Of a stretch of DNA of 43,680 bases, positions 34,830-43,680 are shown piece after piece. Position 1 is the stretch's first letter, and the number at the start of each line of letters is the position of its first letter. The translations under genes and the position numbers were made by a program. The stretch comes from Asterionella formosa (taxonomy: Eukaryota), in assembly GCA_002256025.1 (NCBI GenBank), contig NKIB01014420.1:1-43680 (forward strand), read 5' to 3'. The notes under the pieces are model-generated. The model saw only the letters and a program-made list of their open reading frames with translations. It had not been told where the DNA came from and did not search any database.

Positions 34830-37800
34830 ACCACACTATGCTGCTACCGCCATTGGTAGTCCCCCTGCATCTGCTCTTGTCTCTTTAGCCCATGCAGCTC
34901 TTTTTTCTCCTCCTCTTTCAACCTTGGAACAAGCGTTACTCAATGGATATCTTGTAAATTTTCCTGGATTTACTTTGGCTACCTTATGCAAACATCCCCC
35001 ATATTCCTTCGCCACCATCAAAGAAGGCCACCTCGACCAAACACGTCAAAACCTACGGTCCACACGCTTATCCCCAACTTCCATTGAGACTGGCAGTTCC
35101 ACCATTCCCACCTCCACAATCGATGCTGACTTCCACCCCAAAGGAATTGAGACCATTACAAATATGTGTTTTGCTTCTATTATTGCACCCACAGGACAAA
35201 TTTACACCGATCAGACGGGCAAATTTATCCTTCCTTCCAGTACTGGAAACAATTATATAATGATTTTATATGATTATGACAGTAACTTCATTTTCATCCA
35301 ACCTTTTCATAATCGCACCGCTTCTTGTCTCCTTGCCGCTTATCAGAAATTGCACCAAAGATTGTGCCAAGCAGGCCTTCTCCCCAAACTGCAACGCCTC
35401 GACTACGAGTGTTCTACACTCCTCAAAGATTTCTTGGATGCTGAAGATATTGATTTTCAACTGGTCCCTCCAGCAGTCCATCGCCGTAATGCTGCTGAAC
35501 GAGCAATTCGAACATTTCAAAATCAGTTCATTGCCGGCCTCTGGGGGGTGGACAGAGATTTTCCTCTTCACCTGTAGGACCAACTCTTAGATCAAGCTAA
35601 GCTTACTCTTAATCTCCTCTGTGGCTCGCGCATTAACCCAAAACTGTCTGCTTGGGCACAGGTCAACGGAACATATGATTACAGCCATGTCCCCTTGGCG
35701 CCCCCTGGTTGTTGGGTCCTTGTCCACGCTGTACCCCAACACCATACAACATGGTCTCCGCATGCTCTTGATTGCTGGTATGTGGGCCCTGCTGTGGACT
35801 CCTACCGCTGTTACCATGTATGGATGTGGGACACCCGTTCTATACGCATCTGCAATACTGTGGTCTCATGGTTTCCAACCAAAGTCACCCTCCCAAGTAA
35901 TTCGTCCACAGATCTCATCACAAGCAACCAGTCTGCAGGACATTGCCTATGCGTTGTTACACCCAACCACTTGGTCTCCGGTTGCCCCACTCACCACCAC
36001 CCACAAGGCCACTCTTCACCAGCTTCTTGAAATTCTCTCACCTACAACTCTCTCCCCTCTACCAAACCCCACCCTTTGTAGCCCTGCTCCATCACTGAGG
36101 GTGCCCAGTATACCAGCGGCGCCCAACCTCCACGTAATCCCTGAGCTTGCTGCCCCAACATTGAGGGTGCGTAACCCTAACCCTAACCCTCTACGCCAGG
36201 GCAACGGTAACCCTAACCCTACCAGCAACCCACCTGGCAGTGTCCCCATGCACACTCCCCTGCCCCCTCACCCATATCGGGATGCCCTTTTGCTTCCCAG
36301 TCCACCTTCCTTGCCAGCTACTTATGACACTACCACTGCCCCCCAAATGCCGCCGACGCCATGGTACCATTTCCCACGATACTGTTACTCCCACCCCTCT
36401 TATGCTTGCCAACCTTGCTCTTAATACGTACATAACCAGTGCTACTCCCCCAGTCACTGATTTTTGTTTCCACGGTACCGCTATCAACCCTGACAATGGA
36501 AAAATTGCGGGATTTAAAGAGTTAATGACCTGTAGCACTGCTCCCTTGTGGGCCACAGCCAATGGGTTGGAAATCGGCCGGTTATTCCAGGGATTGGGCC
36601 CCAATTCCACCATGCCTACTGGTACTAATTGCTGTTTCTTTATCAATAAGCATGAAATGCCCTCACACAAATGCGCCACCTACATTCATATTGTATGTGC
36701 TGACCGCCCTGAAAAGATCATTCCCCAACACGTTTGCTGAACCGCTGGGGCGATTGTGTGCTATACATAGGTAATGTCACCACAAATACTGCAGATCTGA
36801 CTACTGCTAAATGTTTGTTCAACAGTACAATCAGCACACCCAATGGATGTTTATGACCATTGACTTATCGGATTTTTATCTCGAAAGCCATCTTGCACCA
36901 TCTGACTACAAGTACGTTTGCATCCCATTATGGATGATCCCCTCTCACATCCAATCCCTCTACAATTTAGCCAACAAGATCATCGATGGTCATGTCTACG
37001 CGGAAATACACTGCGGCATGTACGGCCTGCCTCAGGCTGGTAGGCTTGCCAATGACCAACTTGCAAAGTTTTGCTCCCGCATAATTACCTCCCTTGCCCA
37101 ATCACCCCTGGCTTCTGGAAAGATAGCACCAGTGATCTCATGTTTACACTTGTTGTCGATGACTTCGGTGTGCGGTACACCAACCGAAGTGACGTGGAAT
37201 GTCTCCTCACCATGCTATGCACCAAATACCGCCTCACAACTGATTGGACTGGCTCCCGGTACATTGGTCTTGCGCTGGTGTGGGATTATGACAACCACAC
37301 TGTCGACCATACTATGCCGGGCTACATCGCTCATGCCTTGCAACGATTTGACCATTCACCACCCACACAACCACAACATGCTCCCCATGCCTGGATTGCA
37401 CCGCAGTATGGCGCGCGCCAGCAATTTGTTGTTCCCGATGTCATGCCTGTCCTCAACCTCCTTGATAAAAACCGTGCGCAGGAAGTTCTTGGTACCCTCC
37501 TCCTCTATTTTGCCCGTGCCATTGATTGCACTAGTATGCTGCCTGCCCTTGGTACATTGGCAACACAACAAGCCACCCCTACTATGGCCACATTAACTGC
37601 CATTACGCAACTTCTCAATTATTGTGCAACCAACCCTGAAGCCACTCTCCGCTATACTACCAGTGACATGGTCCTCCATGTCGAAAGCGATGCCTCTTAT
37701 CTCTCTGAAACGCGTAGTTGTTCCCGTGCTGCCAGCATTCACTTCCTCAGCTGTAAACCCATATCTTTGCCTTGCCCTACCACTCCTATCCCTCCTCTTA

Positions 37801-38170
37801 ATGGCGCGCTATACGTGCACTGCCAAATTCTTAAGGAGGTGCTATCTAGTACTGCTGAGGCCAAACTGGCAGCCCTTTTTCACAATGGCAAGGAGGCTTA
37901 TGCTATTCGCAACATCCTGGCCAAACTCAGTCATCCTCAACCTTCGACTCCCATTGTCACTGATAATAGCACTGCCAGCGGTATTGCCAATGACACAGTC
38001 CACCAAAAACATTCCAAGGCTATGGATATGTGTTTCTATTGGGTCCGTGATCTGGTTCGACAGGGCCAATTCTTTTTTACTGGAAAAAGGGCAGTTTGAA
38101 TCATTACAATTATTTTACTAAGCATCATCCTGCTTCCCATCATGCTTTGATGCGCCCTTGCTATCTCCAT
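34830..38170 (+). pseudogene. Copia pol (integrase, RT, RNase H), fragmented; no protease motif seen
   Basis: Motifs are spread over ORFs 34618..35577, 35695..36030, 36240..36740, 36811..37596, 37071..38099 and 38096..38395. Confidence 0.88.
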
Positions 38171-38276
38171 TGTCCTCCTTCTCTCCCTGGTCCATCTAAC
38201 TACTATGCTTGCCTGGCTTCTGCTGCTGGTCCCCTTTCTCCTCTCCCTTTTCTACCTGAATCTGCTGGTGAGGGTG

Positions 38277-38443
38277 TGTTAATACCTATGTATGGTATTC
38301 CGTATGCTCAATGTATGATACATACCGGTGTATCCACCAGATTAGATACATGCGTGAGTGCTAATAACAATGCACTCATGACAGCAATAGAATAGCCATA
38401 ATATTGTAACTCACCTTTATTCATGATAAGGTTCCCCTCAACA
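38277..38443 (+). repeat. 3' LTR (167 bp), preceded by a short purine-rich tract ggtgagggtg
   Basis: Direct repeat of 33269-33435, followed by ATATT. Confidence 0.95.
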
Positions 38444-38599
38444 ATATTGTTGGATTGGAATAAAGTAACTGTAATAATAACTGGCAGGACTCCCCAATAC
38501 CATACTGGCTGACGTTAGTATAAGTATTACTGGTATCATACTGGTGGTGGATGCCAAAACATGGCTCGCAGCAAACTGCAGGAAGAAATGACGGACCTA

Positions 38600-38860
38600 T
38601 GGTACCTTTATGTTACATAGCCACATATCGGCATTGTAGTACCAGGGTACCTGGTACCCTGGTACCAGGTACCAGGTGCCGATAGACACTTGTAACATTC
38701 GTTGCTGGACCACGCAAAGCTGTGTGCATTAGTCTAGCAGAATGCTGGCTGTAGTAGGAGTTCCAGGTACCTGGTACCAGGTACCGTTACCTGGTACCGC
38801 AGTGGTGACAGACTGGACCAGGTACCCCCTGGTACCAGGTACCAGGTACCCTGGTATTCG
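38600..38860. repeat. GGTACC(A/T) heptamer arrays between the Copia element and the TPR gene
   Basis: gggtacctggtaccctggtaccaggtaccagg, caggtacctggtaccaggtacc and ctggtaccaggtaccaggtaccctgg. Confidence 0.88.
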
Positions 38861-39573
38861 GAGTAACAACAGCATACCGGGCCGTAGACTATACTGTACT
38901 GTAGCTGAACAATGCCGCTCCATTGTTGGATGCATGGTATCTAGTCTACATGTTTTCAAAGAAATGAAAATCTCGAACGCGTGCTCATCCATTGTTCACA
39001 CGCCAAGTCGGTCTTGTCCAACGCATCACGGAAACGCTCGAATCTTACGGTTAAACTCATTACAGGAAGGGGTATCACCTTGAGGGATTTAGCTATGAAC
39101 TGGGCTATGTCAAATTTAAATCATGAATTGAAACGAGTTCGCGCATTCAAATCAACCACGCTCAACGCCTATGGCAGGCGCTGCGCTTGGTCTCACTATG
39201 GGTTCCTCGTCGGATGCAGTTTTACTGTAAACACACATGGGTCCCATGAAAAAGCTTTGTCCGCATTGACGAGGAGTTGAGCGTGTTTAGCCTCATTAGC
39301 GATTGAAGATCAGCCTTCGCTCCATACATCAACAACTTTAGCAATCTTGCCAACTGGTGAAAAATACAGGGGAGTAGCAACACTGCGATCCATTGAGAAT
39401 AACAGAAGCAGAGTAACGAGTGCGTCGATCGAAGTCCGCGACCTGTAGGAGTCAGTCCTTTCAAAAAGTCCGCATACAAGACTGCAGTACCGGCAACCCG
39501 ATCGACTCCGTTTTGCGTCAAAACCTGAAATCGCCATCCCAACGACTAAACTCAAGCAACGAAACCAGCAGAC

Positions 39574-42030
39574 ATGTCGGTCAGACGAAGGACTGGGTCT
39601 CCCTTACTTGGGATGATGATTGATCGCTCCTCGTTTGATGCGGACGATCACAGTATAAATGATGATTCTACCATCGGAAGTTTACCAGTGCGACGGAGGA
39701 AGGATGGTCGGGTCCGACGAAAGTTACGGTGGAAGCCACCTGCCTTTCGAGCACGCAACAACAAGACCAAGTCTTGTGCGGATTCCATAACCAGTGCAGG
39801 AGAAAACTCAAATAAGACAACCAAGTCTTTCCATACCTTCCACAGTACTGAGACACCAGTACAAAGCAACTCGAGCAAGGCGCACATCAAGCAAATTGGA
39901 CGGCCGGAATATCCAGATACATTTGATGGTATGGTGACGATTGACAACGAAGGAGAGTTTGTTCATACCAGAATGCTTCCAAAGTCGACACCGGCGAAGA
40001 TGCGTTCGATACAACCGACAGTGAAAGAGCTTGGACGCATGTCGAGCTTAGACTTTCAGTCCATCTCTGAAGATTCAGCTACTTTCAATTTTCGCCAAGA
40101 GCACAAGCCGCATATCTTTGACCCATTTGGCCAATATCTGGGCAGCACAACGCAAAGACCACCAAAGTGGACCAAAAAGAGTTCCTTGACCACTTCGAAG
40201 GGCGGGAAATCGCCGATAGGAAGCAGATCCGCAGTTGTCTCTCCACAAACTATTGTGACAGCACTGACCATGTCGTCAGAGGCGACGGATGACGAGAGGG
40301 AATGGTCCAACACGATGCCACCATCAAACGAATTGGAGGGCCAAGTTCGGTACATTTCGTCTCCGAGTCTGCCCATGCCTTGGAGCGGAGCGGACGCTGC
40401 AGCTGGAGTTGGAGTTGGACTCTCACCCGTCAAGTCTTGGAGTCCGGAGGTAACTCCGACTCTTGTGACACCCGTCAAGGACAAGTCAATGCAAAGAATG
40501 TCACCCATGTCGCCCATGATGAAACGGCCAAGGGCATCTGCAAGGACTGGTTCACCCGATCCAGTTCTGGCAAAGGTGAATATAGATTTGAACAGCCCAT
40601 CGAGCTTGACCAGTATCGTTGGATACAGTGGTCTCCTTACGGGTCAACATTACGCACATGACAAGGAAATGCCACCCTTACCACACAAGGCATATAATCG
40701 ACCAGTCGATACATCCATGACAACTGAAAGTAACAAATCGACGAGCCCATTATCGCTGGGCTCCCTAAAAGCCCGACGATTGATCAGCGATGACGACTCA
40801 ATGTCTACTAGATCACATAATACTTCCATGGAAGATTTAGTCATCACCAATTATGATGATCCCATGGTTGAAGATTTGGAGACTACGACATCGTCGAGAG
40901 GGGGGCAGATGGAACGACGATCGCGAGCGAAAACGGGCCCTGTCGATGTGGACAATGGTTCATTTGTTGAGGTGGAAAGCCATTTGAATGCCATTCATGA
41001 AATGGCGGCTGAGCACTTGGCACACGGAGAATATGTGGAAGCACTCGAGGTCTTCGAAGAAATCCTGCGAGGCCAACGAGAAAGGTACGGAGAAGGACAC
41101 TATCGAGTGGGAACAGCTCTACACAATATTGGTATAGTACATCTCAAGAGCGGAGATTACATTCGAGCTGTGGAAGTCTGCCAACAAGCAGTTCTTATCA
41201 GAAAAGATACTTTGGTGCCAAACCACCCCGACGTCGCGGTTTCGTTGGGCCAGCTTGGAGTAGCGAATTTGGAGTGTAAACAGTACAAACAAGCGCTAGT
41301 TGCCTTTCGCGAAGCACTCCAGATTCGCCGAGAAAGTCTTGGACCTAAACATCCAAAGGTTGGTAAAATTCTGAACAATATTGGATGTGCTCTTTACGAG
41401 TTATCAGAACTGGATGGTGCGAGGCTTGCTTTCGAGGAAGCTCTGGAGATTCAACGGGAGAGCTTGAGACGCTCGCCGAATATGGGAGTCAACGAAAAAG
41501 AATCGCGTGCACTCTCGCATTCGATCCTTCTTAGTGTTGCTTCAACGTTGTGCAATATTGGATCAATCAAACTCCGGTGGGGCCATTATGAAGAAGCCAG
41601 CATCGTGTTGGAGGAAGCCTTGCTCATTCAACAGTCTGTACTTGGCGACGATCATCAAATCGTCCTTACAACAATTAAAACTATCAACTTTGTTGACCGT
41701 GCATTGGAAAATTGTGACGATCCATCCCCTACCACTGAAGATTTCTTTGCTCGGTGGAATCTAACTGCAGGCATGGTCCCAATTTCTGTTTCCAATCAAG
41801 CCAAGGAGTTTGCCACGGGTTGCGTTTCGTCAGAGGATTCTGTCTCCAACAAGTTGATAAGCATGGGTTTCATGGATTCTTTTCGATGGGACAAATCGAA
41901 GCGTTGGTATAAAGAGTTACTTCCTCCGCAAGGAACTGGATGCGGACCAAGCGTTGAAGAAGCAATGGATGATGGCGCTTCCACTAGCAGTTGGTCATTT
42001 CTCGCATCTCCATCGCAGGTCAAGATCTAA
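39574..42030 (+). CDS. TPR-repeat (kinesin-light-chain-like TPR) protein with a long disordered Ser/Pro-rich N-terminus, 818 aa
   Basis: Approximately 42-aa repeats: HYRVGTALHNIG, HPDVAVSLGQLG, HPKVGKILNNIG, VASTLCNIG, LGDDHQIV. Confidence 0.88.
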   Translation: MSVRRRTGSPLLGMMIDRSSFDADDHSINDDSTIGSLPVRRRKDGRVRRKLRWKPPAFRARNNKTKSCADSITSAGENSNKTTKSFHTFHSTETPVQSNSSKAHIKQIGRPEYPDTFDGMVTIDNEGEFVHTRMLPKSTPAKMRSIQPTVKELGRMSSLDFQSISEDSATFNFRQEHKPHIFDPFGQYLGSTTQRPPKWTKKSSLTTSKGGKSPIGSRSAVVSPQTIVTALTMSSEATDDEREWSNTMPPSNELEGQVRYISSPSLPMPWSGADAAAGVGVGLSPVKSWSPEVTPTLVTPVKDKSMQRMSPMSPMMKRPRASARTGSPDPVLAKVNIDLNSPSSLTSIVGYSGLLTGQHYAHDKEMPPLPHKAYNRPVDTSMTTESNKSTSPLSLGSLKARRLISDDDSMSTRSHNTSMEDLVITNYDDPMVEDLETTTSSRGGQMERRSRAKTGPVDVDNGSFVEVESHLNAIHEMAAEHLAHGEYVEALEVFEEILRGQRERYGEGHYRVGTALHNIGIVHLKSGDYIRAVEVCQQAVLIRKDTLVPNHPDVAVSLGQLGVANLECKQYKQALVAFREALQIRRESLGPKHPKVGKILNNIGCALYELSELDGARLAFEEALEIQRESLRRSPNMGVNEKESRALSHSILLSVASTLCNIGSIKLRWGHYEEASIVLEEALLIQQSVLGDDHQIVLTTIKTINFVDRALENCDDPSPTTEDFFARWNLTAGMVPISVSNQAKEFATGCVSSEDSVSNKLISMGFMDSFRWDKSKRWYKELLPPQGTGCGPSVEEAMDDGASTSSWSFLASPSQVKI

Positions 42031-42499
42031 CTTTGTAGGCTACAGTATCAAAAATACGATATTCGCGTTTTACGATTGGAGCATTAAAACCAGCATGTGA
42101 AGGGAAGTATAAGTACAATTTGTTTTAGCAGCTTCTTTACTCAAGGAGCCTGCGATTTCCGATCATAGCACTGCAAAGTGATTCCGAAGCATCGGCAATA
42201 CATACATAGTTTTTTGTATTATCATTCAAATTTATTATCGTTCTAGTCAATTTCCATATTACCTACATGAGCTTCAAACAGCTACGATAGCTATGTACAG
42301 GGAGTTCCGGGGAAGTCCGAATATTGCGAGCCTTATGTGAGCAAACCTTAAAAATGGCTTATTGTTATGTTCATTATGTAGCAGTAGTCACTACCTACGA
42401 TAGTGCCTGGTACCAGGTAGGTGCATTCCTCGTAAACGCACGTCCCAGGGGGGATACGACATGAGCGAGATACTATGTACATTATATGATTAGGGTTAA

Positions 42500-43680
42500 T
42501 GTAGTCGATGTAAATGCTTCTTAGTATTTACGTACGGGAAAGTCTTCTAGACGACCAAGCGCTCTGTCAAGAATATAGCATCAATGGCTATAATGAGTCA
42601 CAAGGACTGTGGACTCGACTATAGTCCAATGAGTCAAATGGTGCGTTCCCATGTCAAGAAGCTTGCTAACGAGATTGATGTCTTAGATCAATCAGAAGAA
42701 GGTTTACATCAACGAAAAGGGAACACGAAGAACAGGTTCTCGAAGTGTGATGAATGGGATTGAAACTTAGTTTTAGTTTAATCTTATAATTAAGAAACAG
42801 TGAGAATTGACAGAGTAAGGTCAATAGCGAAAACTAGCACGAAGGCTAGCAGCAGAAAGAAGATAACAATACTAGTGGTATAGCAGGTAAGTTCTACGTA
42901 AGAGGAACCCGTCAGACGGGAAGGAGTACGAGACCTTTCAACACGCTTTAAAGCGTTCACTTTAAGGCCACAGGCTACTCAGGAACCATGGGAAGTGACG
43001 AAGACACGTCAGTGAGGTTGCCGACATTCGATGGGCAAGATGCTAAATGGCACATGTGGAAAGCGAAGTTTCTCGCATACGCGTGCTACAAGAACTTTCA
43101 AGGAATACTTAACGGTGACGAACTACCAAGAGGAGAGAAAGACCTAAAGGGCGATACGATCGTGTTGTCGGATGCTGACGAGAGATGCATCCGAAGGAGC
43201 AACACAGTTGCTTACACAAGTCTGATAATGGCATGCCAGAGTGGGCCATTCGGACACGTAAATAATGCAAGAAGTGCCGAGTTTCCTAACGGCAATGCTA
43301 AAGAAGCATGGGACAAGCTCATTTCTACGTATGAGTCAGGCAACATGGCGAATGTCATTGCCTTGTCCCACCAATGGACGAAGTGCACTCTAGGGGAAAA
43401 CGAGAACCCCGACAGCTGGTATGTGGAGTTGGATCGAATCCGGGAACGATTGGGCAATACGAGCTCCGCCGTTTCGGATGGTGCCTATGTGGCACACATG
43501 ATCAACAACCTACCTGAAAGCTACAAGAGTTTGGTAGTAGGAAGGTTCGGCCTGGCGCGCAACACGCTAACGGTCGAAGAGATTAAGACAGACATCCGGG
43601 ACTACTACGATCTATATGTCCGGGATGACGTCAAAACGACTAACAAGAACAAGAGTGAACAGGCCTTCTACACGAAAGGG
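42500..43680 (+). mobile_element. 5' end of a second Ty1/Copia element (putative LTR ~42500-42943 plus gag), running out of the window
   Basis: A Copia gag ORF follows ...acctttcaaca (42943). LTR limits cannot be confirmed without the 3' LTR. Confidence 0.6.
42988..43680 (+). CDS. Copia gag(-pol) polyprotein N-terminus, open to the window end (missing from the ORF track)
   Basis: 231 codons with no stop: MGSDEDTSVRLPTFDGQDAKWHMWKAKFLAYA...GNAKEAWDKLISTYE...ENPDSWYVELDRIRERL...HMINNLPESYKSLV. Confidence 0.88.
   Translation, partial: MGSDEDTSVRLPTFDGQDAKWHMWKAKFLAYACYKNFQGILNGDELPRGEKDLKGDTIVLSDADERCIRRSNTVAYTSLIMACQSGPFGHVNNARSAEFPNGNAKEAWDKLISTYESGNMANVIALSHQWTKCTLGENENPDSWYVELDRIRERLGNTSSAVSDGAYVAHMINNLPESYKSLVVGRFGLARNTLTVEEIKTDIRDYYDLYVRDDVKTTNKNKSEQAFYTKG

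Larger units (their letters stand above)
33269..38443 (+). mobile_element. Ty1/Copia LTR retrotransposon (CoDi-like), full span, inactivated
   Basis: TG...CA LTRs at 33269-33435 and 38277-38443, with ATATT target-site duplication (33264-33268, 38444-38448). Domain order is gag, integrase (YTDQTGKF, RRNAAERAIRTF), RT (GMYGLPQAG, LVVDDFGV), RNase H (ESDASY, TDNSTA). Many stops and frameshifts. Confidence 0.96.

Overview
Eukaryotic nuclear DNA, most likely from a diatom or related ochrophyte. The evidence is short GT-AG introns, a bipartite plastid-type presequence and CoDi-like Copia elements. About 13 protein genes sit in islands separated by AT-rich decayed repeat DNA. They include a multi-pass membrane protein with a 21-bp micro-exon, a class 3 lipase, a secreted vanadium-dependent haloperoxidase, an NDUFAF3/Mth938-like protein, a signal-peptide cyclophilin, eIF4A and a TPR protein. 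Mobile DNA comprises a full-length but decayed Copia element (167-bp LTRs, ATATT target-site duplication), the start of a second, apparently intact Copia element, and LINE and Gypsy-like relics. Highlights: (1) a C/D-box snoRNA in eIF4A intron 2 whose guide matches SNORD2/snR39B, the snoRNA vertebrates also keep in EIF4A2; (2) dispersed palindromic GGTACC(A/T) heptamer arrays that bracket gene islands, mostly upstream of starts; (3) a haloperoxidase with the NapH1-like PSGS signature; (4) a strong CpG-deamination signature in the Copia element. All calls were made by eye, without database searches.
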